Sequence record: OR228459.1
Reading direction: 5' to 3' (one strand)
DNA length: 64,000 bases
Numbering within the stretch: the stretch's first letter is position 1; each line of letters starts with the position of its first letter. This document shows positions 18,007-27,459 of this stretch, piece by piece. The notes below the pieces were generated by a model. That model was not told the origin of the DNA and searched no databases. It saw only the letters and a list, made by a program, of their open reading frames with translations. Made by a program: the position numbers and the translations under genes.

Positions 18007-18966
18007 ATGCCACATTTCACTTTTGCAGAACCAACACAAACCAGTACTAAAAAGACAAAGGTTAAAACCGACAATGCTGCTGGTTTAATCTACACTGCAA
18101 TGAAGAAATCCAAGGTTCGTAATCCTAAATTTAAACCAGCATTTGTTGCTAGTTTACCACGTCAGCACAACTACTCTAAAACAGTACTTGTACTGTTGAA
18201 TATGTATAAATCATCGGGTTCTTTGAAATGTTCCTGCTGTAATTCATCTGAAGCATACTTTGTAATACATGTCGAATGTGGTCGTGCAACATTTCGTGCT
18301 ATGGTAGATACTAATAGTGGTCGTCAAGTCCTGACCGTTGACCATGATGTACTGAAATCGTTAGGCGGTAAAGATGAAGAACAAAACTACAATCCGTTGT
18401 GCTATAAATGCAATCAGATTCGTGGTTCTCGTTTCGCTGGATTTAAAGAATTCAAAGAATGGTATGATTCACAAGAAGTAATTGATACCATCAGTGGTTT
18501 ACCATCAGCAAACTTCTGTCATATAGATTTTAAAAGTAATCTTAACAATAATATCCATTGTGAAACCATTAATGGTGCAACTGCGTTGCCACCAAATATG
18601 ATGAATGAACTTAAGAAAGAAATGCGTCGTGACCAATATGACATTTTCTCTAAACTATCGATAAAGATTTGGTTGAAGATGGATCGTGATAGTGCTAATA
18701 CTATCTTAAATGAATTAGTACTCGAACGTATACAAAAACGTCACAACAAGAAACATATTAAATTACAAAATCATAACTTTTTTAACTACCAGAAGAATAT
18801 TACTGATCATCGTAAAATAAAGATGCATATCGAAGAACAATTACGTGCACAGGTTCGCAAGTTACGTAATACACCAGTACATGTCAGTACTGAAGAAGTT
18901 AAAAAAGTCAATACTGCATTTAGTTTTAAAAATATTTGGTCAGCCTTGAAAAATATCTTTGCCTAA
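18007..18966 (+). CDS. HNH endonuclease domain protein
   Basis: CSCC...LTVDHDVLKSLGGKDEEQNYNPLCYKCNQIRG (Zn-binding HNH pattern). Confidence 0.75.
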   Translation: MPHFTFAEPTQTSTKKTKVKTDNAAGLIYTAMKKSKVRNPKFKPAFVASLPRQHNYSKTVLVLLNMYKSSGSLKCSCCNSSEAYFVIHVECGRATFRAMVDTNSGRQVLTVDHDVLKSLGGKDEEQNYNPLCYKCNQIRGSRFAGFKEFKEWYDSQEVIDTISGLPSANFCHIDFKSNLNNNIHCETINGATALPPNMMNELKKEMRRDQYDIFSKLSIKIWLKMDRDSANTILNELVLERIQKRHNKKHIKLQNHNFFNYQKNITDHRKIKMHIEEQLRAQVRKLRNTPVHVSTEEVKKVNTAFSFKNIWSALKNIFA

Positions 18967-18969
18967 GTA

Positions 18970-19003
18970 TTGACACGATCAGGGAGTATGTTATAATACT
19001 CCC
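18970..19003 (+). promoter_or_regulatory. sigma70-type promoter with -10 inside an inverted repeat
   Basis: TTGACA..GGGAGTAT-GTTATA-ATACTCCC; 25-nt identity with 20288..20312. Confidence 0.75.
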
Positions 19004-19026
19004 ATAGAAAATAAAGAGGACATATC

Positions 19027-19353
19027 ATGAATTATCAACTAGTACTTGCTGCATTAAATGAACTTAAATCTGGTCATATTGAAGACACCAGTAAAGGTAT
19101 TTGTTTCAATCTAGCATGGAAACTTGATATGGATCGTAACAATCCATTGAACATGAGTACTCATTTCATTGAGGAAGCATTTACTTCAATTTTTGGTTCA
19201 GTACTGACTTCTCCAGTTGAAGGTGATATTATTTCGTATTTGAACAACAAAAATAAATGGGATAAAGAAACAGAAATGGGCTTGCGTCGTTTTGATTTAC
19301 TTGATAAAATGATTGCATACGCTGAAGAACAACTCAACAAAGAGGAAGCATAA
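19027..19353 (+). CDS. hypothetical protein
   Basis: Track ORF, SD GAGG. Confidence 0.75.
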   Translation: MNYQLVLAALNELKSGHIEDTSKGICFNLAWKLDMDRNNPLNMSTHFIEEAFTSIFGSVLTSPVEGDIISYLNNKNKWDKETEMGLRRFDLLDKMIAYAEEQLNKEEA

Positions 19354-19354
19354 G

Positions 19355-19519
19355 ATGAAATACTTAATCGCATTTGCACTGATTATTGGTTTGGCTGGTG
19401 GTTTCTGGATTGGTAAAGCAACTTATCAGGTCAAACTCACTGCTGGTTCTTGTCTCGATGCAACTACTCAAAGCATTGGAGAAAGTATCGATAACTTTAT
19501 TAGCAACATTAAGGGGTAA
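19355..19519 (+). CDS. small membrane-anchored hypothetical protein
   Basis: Track ORF trimmed to ATG 19355. Confidence 0.65.
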   Translation: MKYLIAFALIIGLAGGFWIGKATYQVKLTAGSCLDATTQSIGESIDNFISNIKG

Positions 19520-19522
19520 CAT

Positions 19523-19810
19523 ATGATTCAATACTTCCAAACTCGTCGTATTTCTGACATGACTGAAGGCTGTGGTCACATGGTTAATGACCGTGCTTTT
19601 ACGGAATGGCAATATGCAGCAGATTATATTAACTCCCAACCGGGCGTAATGGGTCGTCGTGTGAAATGGACAGAAGAAAAATATGCTGGTGATTGGGATA
19701 TCCAAACCATTAATGTATATGATTCTCCATTTGATCCAGAAGCAGAAGCACGTGCAAACGCACTTGCTAAACTAACACCACAAGAACGCAAACTATTGGG
19801 GCTTGAATAA
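19523..19810 (+). CDS. hypothetical protein
   Basis: Track ORF. Confidence 0.75.
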   Translation: MIQYFQTRRISDMTEGCGHMVNDRAFTEWQYAADYINSQPGVMGRRVKWTEEKYAGDWDIQTINVYDSPFDPEAEARANALAKLTPQERKLLGLE

Positions 19811-20022
19811 TGAGTGTAGAACTTACTACCTTCAATGAAGGTAATAAAACTTACTTAGCTGTCGGTTTCATTGAAGATCGTGGTTTTGATGATTCTAATG
19901 TATGTCAGTACCGTTGTGTTGATGCTCAAGGTTATGAGTTTTACACTGATGATCACGGTGAAGCAATGGAATTTATCAGTAATGGTCTAACACAGCCTAA
20001 GAACACATGGACGCTTCCATGA
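19810..20022 (+). CDS. hypothetical protein
   Basis: Track ORF. Confidence 0.7.
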   Translation: MSVELTTFNEGNKTYLAVGFIEDRGFDDSNVCQYRCVDAQGYEFYTDDHGEAMEFISNGLTQPKNTWTLP

Positions 20023-20279
20023 AGTACATAATGATTGTACTGGCTATGCTTTTCCTAAGTGCATGTGATGATGAACCAGTGATCGATGCCAAGTATTTGG
20101 CTATGCATGAGTGCGTCTACACTGGTAAATCATTTCAAACTGATGAAAAGACGTGGATTTCTAACGGGCGTGGTGGTTCATGGAAAGATGTAACTAATCG
20201 TTACTATGTCTATGATTGTCCACCGGGAAAGCAAAAAACTTTATCAACTGTTAGGCTTGTTATTGATACTGAGCATTGA
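20019..20279 (+). CDS. putative lipoprotein
   Basis: MKYIMIVLAMLFLSAC signal with LSAC lipobox. Confidence 0.7.
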   Translation: MKYIMIVLAMLFLSACDDEPVIDAKYLAMHECVYTGKSFQTDEKTWISNGRGGSWKDVTNRYYVYDCPPGKQKTLSTVRLVIDTEH

Positions 20280-20309
20280 CAACATTCGGGAGTATGTTAT
20301 AATACTCCC
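20276..20309 (+). promoter_or_regulatory. sigma70-type promoter with -10 inside an inverted repeat
   Basis: TTGACA..GGGAGTATGTTATAATACTCCC. Confidence 0.75.
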
Positions 20310-20332
20310 ATATTAAGAAAACAGGAGCTACA

Positions 20333-20491
20333 ATGGAAAATATTTACGTTAATGCATTTAATGGTTTAGTTCGTAAGTTCGTTGGTGGTAAAGGTTTCAA
20401 TTTGCAAGATGATGGAACATGGGTTAAAACCGGCATATCTGAGAAATTGATTAAAAATCTTCCTTACTATAAGTTACAGGAAAACAAATAA
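20333..20491 (+). CDS. small hypothetical protein (below track cutoff)
   Basis: SD AGGAG, MENIYVNAF..., 52 aa, TAATG coupling. Confidence 0.65.
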   Translation: MENIYVNAFNGLVRKFVGGKGFNLQDDGTWVKTGISEKLIKNLPYYKLQENK

Positions 20492-20781
20492 TGAAAGTAG
20501 ATATCCATTATACTAGTTTTAATATGCGTAAAGATACTGAAAGTATTGTGGCTACTTCTGGTGCAATTGCATTTTTTAATGATCACGACATTCCTTATGT
20601 TCTTGAAGAACATGATAGGTTCGGCGGCGGTAAGAAAGAAATGATAACTTGGCATGAAAGTGCAACACCAATCGAACTTGTTGATTTCTCTATTGATGTT
20701 ATGCATGAATACGCTCAACGCTATAATCTCATTTTCCAGATTGGTAAAGAAACCGTAGTTATTAAATTCGATGAAAAATAA
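20491..20781 (+). CDS. hypothetical protein
   Basis: Track ORF. Confidence 0.75.
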   Translation: MKVDIHYTSFNMRKDTESIVATSGAIAFFNDHDIPYVLEEHDRFGGGKKEMITWHESATPIELVDFSIDVMHEYAQRYNLIFQIGKETVVIKFDEK

Positions 20782-20790
20782 GGAATTCTT

Positions 20791-21438
20791 ATGTTAAAAG
20801 ATCCTAACTTTGAACCAATGGATTTATTTTTTAAGAATAAAGATCACGGTTTGTATTTCTCTTACATTATGGTTAAGAGTCCTATTGATGGACGTATTAT
20901 CCCTGCCATGAGTGGATACACTGATCCTTCTCATGAACGCTGGGAAGGTGAAAAGAAATCTATTAAGGTATTTTTAACAGCACGTCATGCACCGGGAATC
21001 TATTTGGGTTTTCCAATGGAAGACATGCTCGCATTGAGTCCCACCCGCCATATTGAAAGTGTTGGAAATTTCGACTTGAGTACTGGTATGTACTATACAT
21101 ATGAAGAAATGAAAGAACAATTCAATCGTGGTTATCATTTACAGAATGAACCATTAAGTACTGGAAAACCAGCAGCACATATGAATTCAATAGCCAATCC
21201 ATATGGGTTAGCTGATAACATCTCTCAAGTACTAAAATATTACCGGAAGGTTGTGACTAATCCCAATGTTAATGTCGTCCTGCATGTACAGCAGCACGAT
21301 AAGACTAAAAATACAGTGGGGATGCGTTGGCATAAATCCGGTAAGTATATCGGTAATCATAATCCAAAGCATGAATATATTAATGATGAAGAAGGGTTTG
21401 ATCGCTTTATTTCTTACCATTTCTATGTTATAGAGTAG
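20791..21438 (+). CDS. hypothetical protein
   Basis: Track ORF, SD AAGGA. Confidence 0.8.
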   Translation: MLKDPNFEPMDLFFKNKDHGLYFSYIMVKSPIDGRIIPAMSGYTDPSHERWEGEKKSIKVFLTARHAPGIYLGFPMEDMLALSPTRHIESVGNFDLSTGMYYTYEEMKEQFNRGYHLQNEPLSTGKPAAHMNSIANPYGLADNISQVLKYYRKVVTNPNVNVVLHVQQHDKTKNTVGMRWHKSGKYIGNHNPKHEYINDEEGFDRFISYHFYVIE

Positions 21439-21444
21439 GTGTGT

Positions 21445-21648
21445 ATGGGTAAATTTCTAGTAATTGGATTTGTAATAGGATTTCTAGTAATATTAGGTAT
21501 TTTTGGGGCTGTCTTTATGATTACATATTGGGATTCATTGTATCCTGAATGGGATCGCATTGGAACAGATGAAATCGCGAACACCTGTTTAATATCATCA
21601 TTTGGTGGACTAATAGGTATGTTTATAACTCTTTGGATAATTGATTAA
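21445..21648 (+). CDS. small membrane protein
   Basis: Two hydrophobic segments. Confidence 0.65.
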   Translation: MGKFLVIGFVIGFLVILGIFGAVFMITYWDSLYPEWDRIGTDEIANTCLISSFGGLIGMFITLWIID

Positions 21649-22028
21649 TGCATAAAATAATTATTGTAGTACTTCTAATGTTTGGTGTATCATATTCTGC
21701 ATTAGCTGAAAAGATTCTTTGTGTTGATGTGAAGCATAAAGCTCACGTTATTGAATTTGTCACCGATAGTATTGACTTTGTGTATCTAGATGGTGTAGAA
21801 TATCAACGTCAACCACATATGGCAAAAATAAGTACTGAGTACTTTACAAGTGATAAGAAAATGTTAACATTTTTCTTTGATCCAAATCCAGAAAAACGTG
21901 ATTGGTTTAATATTTTGTTAACATCAATCCCAAAGAAAAATGAAAAAGTACTTGAAGATTTCTTCGCATTGTGCGATAATGTAAACCTTCTCGAAGAAGA
22001 ACAACAACCTCAACTCGTTAAACAATAA
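21648..22028 (+). CDS. putative exported protein
   Basis: Signal-like MHKIIIVVLLMFGVSYSALA. Confidence 0.7.
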   Translation: MHKIIIVVLLMFGVSYSALAEKILCVDVKHKAHVIEFVTDSIDFVYLDGVEYQRQPHMAKISTEYFTSDKKMLTFFFDPNPEKRDWFNILLTSIPKKNEKVLEDFFALCDNVNLLEEEQQPQLVKQ

Positions 22029-22037
22029 GGAAACTAC

Positions 22038-22370
22038 ATGTTTATTCTATCTCTAGGTTATATTATTTTTGTCGCTACTATGATTATTTCTATCTTCCGT
22101 GTTCACGTTAATAAAGAAGATTTTGATGTAATTGGCTCTTATTTCAATAATACCCCAGAACACAGTAATTTCGCAAAATATGTATATTACTGTCTTTATG
22201 CTTGGGTGATTGCTTGGGGACTATCTCTTATTCTACCAGTACTTGCTATCGTATGTATGGTAATTAATCTAGTACTTTACATTGCAGCTTGGATTTGGAT
22301 TTACGAATGTTATAAAGATGGTCACATGGTACGTTGGTTCAACGACATTAAAGCTAAATTAAATCCATAA
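22038..22370 (+). CDS. membrane protein
   Basis: About 3 hydrophobic segments. Confidence 0.7.
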   Translation: MFILSLGYIIFVATMIISIFRVHVNKEDFDVIGSYFNNTPEHSNFAKYVYYCLYAWVIAWGLSLILPVLAIVCMVINLVLYIAAWIWIYECYKDGHMVRWFNDIKAKLNP

Positions 22371-22374
22371 GATG

Positions 22375-22414
22375 AAAAAAAGGGTTGACGAAAGTCAGCC
22401 CTTTTTGTTATAAT
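22375..22414 (+). promoter_or_regulatory. terminator/-35 hybrid element, copy 4
   Basis: AGGGTTGAC-GAAA-GTCAGCCCTTTTT..TATAAT. Confidence 0.8.
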
Positions 22415-22440
22415 AATTTCATCAACTAAAGGAGAACTAT

Positions 22441-22863
22441 ATGCCTCGTGCTTCATTTAAAGTAACTGATTGTGATGTAAATCTTATTAGGCGTGATATG
22501 TTTGAAACAAAAAAATCCTATGAATATTTTCTCATTGGTTTCCACGCAGCACGTGAATTGCAGATGTTGAAAGATTCTGGAAATATTATCATGGATTCTG
22601 GAACCCCACTTGAATCTAATTGTGATTTTTATATTGCATTTGACCAGTGGAAAGATGAACTATCAATGCCTCGGCTTGGGCCATCGGTAGATGGTAAGAG
22701 TATGACTATGTGGTTTGGTGCAACAATGGGTAACATTCCAAATACCACTTTTGTATATAAACGCGAATTGAAAGATGCGTTTGGTAAGATCACATATGTA
22801 GTACCAACAAATCAAAAAAAATTTGAAATAAAAGAGTTGACTGACTACAATTCTATGGTATAA
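22441..22863 (+). CDS. hypothetical protein
   Basis: Track ORF, SD GGAG. Confidence 0.75.
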   Translation: MPRASFKVTDCDVNLIRRDMFETKKSYEYFLIGFHAARELQMLKDSGNIIMDSGTPLESNCDFYIAFDQWKDELSMPRLGPSVDGKSMTMWFGATMGNIPNTTFVYKRELKDAFGKITYVVPTNQKKFEIKELTDYNSMV

Positions 22864-22893
22864 TAGTAGTACTTAATTGGAGAGAACTCTAAA

Positions 22894-23124
22894 ATGTTCG
22901 ATGAAGATATGTCGGAATTACCACCAGTACTAGAAGAAACGCTTGAAGAAATTAACAAAATGGGTAAGAAAGATCTACGTGAGTTTGCCTGTAGTATTCT
23001 TTTAAACTTAGTAGATCTTCAAGAAAAGCATTTAGAACTTCAACGTCGTTACAATCGTAATCGTGCAGACTATCTTTCACGTTGCACCAGTTCGGGTGGG
23101 ATTACTATCCCTCCACGTTTTTAA
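22894..23124 (+). CDS. hypothetical coiled-coil protein
   Basis: Track ORF. Confidence 0.7.
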   Translation: MFDEDMSELPPVLEETLEEINKMGKKDLREFACSILLNLVDLQEKHLELQRRYNRNRADYLSRCTSSGGITIPPRF

Positions 23125-23134
23125 GGAGTTGTAT

Positions 23135-23464
23135 ATGGTTATTGTACTTAATTCTATTTCTCAAATACTTTGGTTTTTTGTCTCGGTATTCGGATTAGTT
23201 TCTTTGATCCTTATGTTCTTTAAAAAGAAATCATGGCTAAGACGTATTAATATGGACGAATGGGATTCTCCTTTTTTGGCGTGGGTTTCATTTATTGGGG
23301 GTATGTTCATTTTTGGTATGCATTTAGTGATGGATGAAAGTGGTGTTTCATTGAATGGTTTTAGTGTCGGTTTTATGATTTCAATAATGCTTATTGGGTT
23401 TTGTTTAGTAGAGTTTTTATTTTCATTAATCTCAGATTGGCGTAAAAATATACCGGAGTCCTAA
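23135..23464 (+). CDS. membrane protein
   Basis: Track ORF trimmed to ATG behind AAGGAG; 3 hydrophobic segments. Confidence 0.7.
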   Translation: MVIVLNSISQILWFFVSVFGLVSLILMFFKKKSWLRRINMDEWDSPFLAWVSFIGGMFIFGMHLVMDESGVSLNGFSVGFMISIMLIGFCLVEFLFSLISDWRKNIPES

Positions 23465-23797
23465 ATGAAACTAGCATTGCAAAATATTTTACTACTAATC
23501 ATCACTGTAAGTATTGCATTTGGCTTTTATTATGTGTATAATAATGCTATGCAAAAACGTTTGGAAAAGCCATACCATTGTTATCTGATTGTTAAACCGA
23601 AAAATGATTATGGAATAACTGAACGTTTCAATACAACCAGAAAAGAATTGAGTACTCTCTCTGTTGGACAGGTATATCATGGTTACACCGTATCAAGTAT
23701 CAATTCAACAATGAGTAAAAGTGTGTACACAATTCGCTACAATCCTGATAATAATTCTGAACTAATTGAAGGTTCAGTGTCATGTTTTGAAGATTAG
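23465..23797 (+). CDS. membrane-anchored hypothetical protein
   Basis: Track ORF. Confidence 0.7.
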   Translation: MKLALQNILLLIITVSIAFGFYYVYNNAMQKRLEKPYHCYLIVKPKNDYGITERFNTTRKELSTLSVGQVYHGYTVSSINSTMSKSVYTIRYNPDNNSELIEGSVSCFED

Positions 23798-23805
23798 AGG
23801 TTTAA

Positions 23806-24123
23806 ATGAATTTCAGTACTACAACGAAGTCGGGTATGATTCAATACGCTAAAATCGACCCAACTAAAAACATCAACGTCTTAGAAGTCGAGCAGAATAT
23901 TATTGAAAAATTTAATAAGAAATGGAAAAATAAAAATATTGAAGTTCAAAAATATTCTGAACATTTACCATTTGCTTTTGTAATTTCTGCTACAACAACA
24001 TATAGTACTGTAACTGGTGTTAAAGAACAACATCCAGAATATAGTGAGTTTGTTCTATGTGCTGGTTATCTCGATGGTTGTGCAGACAATTTTGGGTTGA
24101 AGTGTACACGTTCTGGATTGTAA
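23806..24123 (+). CDS. hypothetical protein
   Basis: Track ORF. Confidence 0.7.
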   Translation: MNFSTTTKSGMIQYAKIDPTKNINVLEVEQNIIEKFNKKWKNKNIEVQKYSEHLPFAFVISATTTYSTVTGVKEQHPEYSEFVLCAGYLDGCADNFGLKCTRSGL

Positions 24124-24125
24124 TG

Positions 24126-24166
24126 AAAAAAGGGATTGACTTCGGTCATCCCTTTTAATATAATAA
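24126..24166 (+). promoter_or_regulatory. terminator/-35 hybrid element, copy 5
   Basis: AGGGATTGAC-TTCG-GTCATCCCTTTT..TATAAT. Confidence 0.7.
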
Positions 24167-24176
24167 AGGAAATAAT

Positions 24177-24359
24177 ATGAGAACTTGTCTAACATTTCTT
24201 ATTATTTTTGTATTAAGTTGCACCTTTATGTATGGCATACCTATATATAAAGAATGGAATGAACTTGGTAAGTATGTTGATAGTTTGGACACACTAAACA
24301 AGTTTGCTCCTGTATTAATTTCTGCATGTATTGCAACTTTTTTTTACATTAATGAATGA
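24177..24359 (+). CDS. small membrane protein
   Basis: Two hydrophobic segments. Confidence 0.6.
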   Translation: MRTCLTFLIIFVLSCTFMYGIPIYKEWNELGKYVDSLDTLNKFAPVLISACIATFFYINE

Positions 24360-24380
24360 AATCTTTTTGGAGATTAATTA

Positions 24381-24704
24381 ATGACTATGAATAAATTAAT
24401 ATTTCTTGTAATTCTTACTATTGTTGTAGTTGGCTTATCCTCCCAATCACATGCTGATGAATTGGACGAACCAATCTGTAAAGTACGGGTATGTAATAAG
24501 ATTGAACGCTTCTCTTTAGACTTGTTTGCTCATGTGAAAGATTCAATGGGTGAAGTATGTGACACTATTATTATTCCACAATCACAATTAGGTCAAGGTG
24601 TAGGTCAAGTACTGAACTCCGAATCAAGATGGTATCAAGGTTCTAGTATTAACCCTACTAAGAAATCAGTTACTCGTATTCAAGAAATTATTCGTTGCAA
24701 ATAG
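24381..24704 (+). CDS. putative exported Cys-containing protein
   Basis: Signal-like N-terminus ending SHA; four Cys. Confidence 0.7.
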   Translation: MTMNKLIFLVILTIVVVGLSSQSHADELDEPICKVRVCNKIERFSLDLFAHVKDSMGEVCDTIIIPQSQLGQGVGQVLNSESRWYQGSSINPTKKSVTRIQEIIRCK

Positions 24705-24718
24705 TATGTGAGGAAAGT

Positions 24719-24925
24719 ATGATTAAAGAATTTCCAGATGGTGTAAGTGTTCGTGTTCTAAAAGAACTAATCAAAGATTGGCCTGAAGTAAGAGAAAATG
24801 GCGAAGATACGATGGTATACTTGGGTGATGGAAATGGCTACAGTAACCAAGCAATTGAGGTTAGTACTATTGATCAAGATGAACATGGAGTAAGTGATTT
24901 ATTCATTGCTCATAATTCCAAATAA
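24719..24925 (+). CDS. hypothetical protein
   Basis: Track ORF trimmed behind GAGG. Confidence 0.7.
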   Translation: MIKEFPDGVSVRVLKELIKDWPEVRENGEDTMVYLGDGNGYSNQAIEVSTIDQDEHGVSDLFIAHNSK

Positions 24926-24930
24926 AACAA

Positions 24931-25137
24931 TTGGAGGAAGAAGTGACCAGTACTATTCATTCTACTTTAACGTTTATTGTGTCACAAATAATCCTTGTGT
25001 GTTTGATGCTGTTAGGGTATAATGTATATCAAAGTACAGGAAAGTTCTGGCACTTCTTAGCATTAGGAATGGTAGCCGTCTGTACTGCATTATTGTTTAT
25101 TGAGTTGATGAACAGATACATCAAGGTGAAGCAATGA
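24931..25137 (+). CDS. small membrane protein
   Basis: Two hydrophobic segments. Confidence 0.6.
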   Translation: MEEEVTSTIHSTLTFIVSQIILVCLMLLGYNVYQSTGKFWHFLALGMVAVCTALLFIELMNRYIKVKQ

Positions 25138-25775
25138 CTAAACAAGAAATCTTTAAGCACATTATTACGATCCTACGTCCCGAAACCCTCCGTCGCCAAA
25201 TGGAGTTTGATATTGTTCAAGCAGAACGTATCATCAAAGAGAAAGTACAAGAAGTTGGCCTGACCTTTATTGGTATTGGGATGTATGCTGTCGTAGTCGA
25301 ACATCCTGACTATCCTGAACGTGTATTCAAAGTAACTACTTCTCGCTGGGATGGTTATCGTGAATATGTAAAGTACTGTATAGCTAACAAGGGTAAAAAG
25401 TTTCTACCTGTTATCCATAGTGCTAATGAGAAAGGAAACTTCGGATGGTATGAACTTGATAAGTACTACCCCATCCTAGACCCAAACGGTGGCTATGAGG
25501 CGTTCGTTAGTATCTATGTAGAGGATATGTATGCCTATGCTCATGCGGGGCAGTACAGTGATTCTGTTAAGGATTTAGAGGGTAGACCAGAAGCTATTGA
25601 GATTTATAAACGTGCAAAAGAGATTGCTGATTTATACAAAAATAGCTTTACATTGGATATTCACACTGGTAATATAATGCTTAGTAAAGATGGTGAAGTA
25701 ATTATTACTGATCCACTAGCGGCTGATGTACGCAGGGAAATCCCTGTATCAGAAGCTGATCCCGAATTCGATTAG
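25134..25775 (+). CDS. Ser/Thr protein kinase, T7 gp0.7-like
   Basis: GIGMYAVVVEHPDYPERVFKV, DGYREY, DIHTGNIM, ITDP parallel T7 0.7 GNGHFSAAYSHP..RVIKV..DMHSGNIM..ITDP. Confidence 0.8.
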   Translation: MTKQEIFKHIITILRPETLRRQMEFDIVQAERIIKEKVQEVGLTFIGIGMYAVVVEHPDYPERVFKVTTSRWDGYREYVKYCIANKGKKFLPVIHSANEKGNFGWYELDKYYPILDPNGGYEAFVSIYVEDMYAYAHAGQYSDSVKDLEGRPEAIEIYKRAKEIADLYKNSFTLDIHTGNIMLSKDGEVIITDPLAADVRREIPVSEADPEFD

Positions 25776-25964
25776 GAGCTATTATGAACTCAAATAACCT
25801 CATTCTGAAAGAAGCAATTCATACTCTGTGTGTTCTTCGTTGTCAAAATCTTCAGATGATTTATGAAGGAAACGATAACACTTCAAAAGAAAAAGAAATC
25901 GAAGCACAGGAGAAATTCATCAAAGAGTTAATTGATGAACATGTGCCTAACTAATGGTGAATGT

Positions 25965-26543
25965 ATGAGAAAAATAGTTCTTGCACTTGCATTAACACTA
26001 TTCAGTACTACAGCTTTTAGTACTCAATACCAATGCAGTGTATCAAGAAGTACAGGACAATTCACAAAAGGTATCATCACTGAACGTGGTGATGCCGTAT
26101 CCTTTACGACCTTTGACAATAAAGAAACTTATACGTCTGGTTCCTTATTTGAACTACAGACGAATAACATCATGCTAAAGCATAAAGCAAAGGATAACGT
26201 AGCTTTCTGTACTAACGTCATGACTACTGCTACTGAAGATAACTTTGGTAATAAGTCTTTCAAGTTCAAAAATACTGGTAGTGGTGAAAGTTTAACCTTC
26301 TATGATTGTGAAGAGTTTCAGCAACCAGAAGGGGAAGAAGCATGTGATATACCCCTCCCAGAACCATCTGTATGCCACGCTACTGAGCCTAAAAAACTAG
26401 CTGATAAGCTAGATGGTAATGGTGACAAACCCCCTGAGAAGAAGTCTGGTAAGCCACATAAACCTAAGAATCCATTCAACAAAGCTAACAAACCGAAGCC
26501 AAAATCGAAGATGCCAACACCAGATAATATGTGTCCTACTTAA
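25965..26543 (+). CDS. putative exported protein with Lys/Pro-rich tail
   Basis: Signal MRKIVLALALTLFSTTAFS; KP-rich C-terminus. Confidence 0.75.
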   Translation: MRKIVLALALTLFSTTAFSTQYQCSVSRSTGQFTKGIITERGDAVSFTTFDNKETYTSGSLFELQTNNIMLKHKAKDNVAFCTNVMTTATEDNFGNKSFKFKNTGSGESLTFYDCEEFQQPEGEEACDIPLPEPSVCHATEPKKLADKLDGNGDKPPEKKSGKPHKPKNPFNKANKPKPKSKMPTPDNMCPT

Positions 26544-26547
26544 AAAT

Positions 26548-26582
26548 AAAGGGTTGACTTTGGTCATCCCTTTTGATATTAT
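26548..26582 (+). promoter_or_regulatory. terminator/-35 hybrid element, copy 6
   Basis: AAAGGGTTGAC-TTTG-GTCATCCCTTTT..TATTAT. Confidence 0.75.
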
Positions 26583-26611
26583 ATATGCATACCAACAAAG
26601 GGGATTACGTG

Positions 26612-26782
26612 ATGAAAATCGAACTAACTACTCATGATAAAAAACCAGCATTCAAAATCCTTACTGGTTATCGTGCTGGTAACTACATTGAAAGTAAAGA
26701 AGGTTGTGTTCAACACTTTCAAAGTACTGAATCAGCTATCAAATGGGCTGAAGAAATTGGTTATAAAATAATTATTAAGTGA
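26612..26782 (+). CDS. small hypothetical protein
   Basis: Track ORF trimmed. Confidence 0.65.
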   Translation: MKIELTTHDKKPAFKILTGYRAGNYIESKEGCVQHFQSTESAIKWAEEIGYKIIIK

Positions 26783-26789
26783 GGATAAT

Positions 26790-27017
26790 ATGAAAATTGC
26801 ATACGTAGGTAGCCATAAATTTATTACACGTAATGAACGTCTGTACTTTATTTGTGAGCGTACAAAAGACGCTGCTGTACAGGCTGAATGGGCTGATGAT
26901 GTATTGAAACGTGCTAACGTACAATTTGATAATGGTCGTTGGTCACATGAAGCTGCTGGTGAAATACTAGAGAAAGCGGAAGATGTACTTTCTAACTATC
27001 TTGTTGTTACTGCTTAA
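26790..27017 (+). CDS. hypothetical protein
   Basis: Track ORF, SD GAGG. Confidence 0.75.
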   Translation: MKIAYVGSHKFITRNERLYFICERTKDAAVQAEWADDVLKRANVQFDNGRWSHEAAGEILEKAEDVLSNYLVVTA

Positions 27018-27028
27018 GAGGAAATATT

Positions 27029-27223
27029 ATGAAACTTAAACGTTATGAACGCAATCGTATTATGGATGCACTGTACCGTGAAGAAACTTCAATCAAAGCG
27101 GTGAAACAACATTTTGTTTTGGGATTCCGTATGCCAGCACGTAAAGCAAAGCAGACCGCAGTTGACCTTTTGAATGAAGGAATTGAGTACTGGAACTCTG
27201 ATGTGATGGATGACATTTACTGA
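27029..27223 (+). CDS. hypothetical protein
   Basis: Track ORF, SD GAGG. Confidence 0.7.
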   Translation: MKLKRYERNRIMDALYREETSIKAVKQHFVLGFRMPARKAKQTAVDLLNEGIEYWNSDVMDDIY

Positions 27224-27392
27224 TGAGTGGATTTATATTCACGGTAGTAGTAACATGCATTGTTTGTGCAATATCTTACTATTATCTTCATATACATCCA
27301 GAAGGTGCATTTTCTAAAAAGAAATCGCCATCAAAACCAGTCGTGGATGAAGATTATGTAAATAATTTTTGGAAGTAGACATTTATCTGTAT

Positions 27393-27429
27393 AAAAGGGT
27401 TGACTTAGGTCAGCCTTTTTTGCTATTAT
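27393..27429 (+). promoter_or_regulatory. terminator/-35 hybrid element, copy 7
   Basis: AAAAGGGTTGAC-TTAG-GTCAGCCTTTTTT..TATTAT. Confidence 0.8.
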
Positions 27430-27459
27430 ATATGCATACCAACGAAGGAGATTAAGTAA

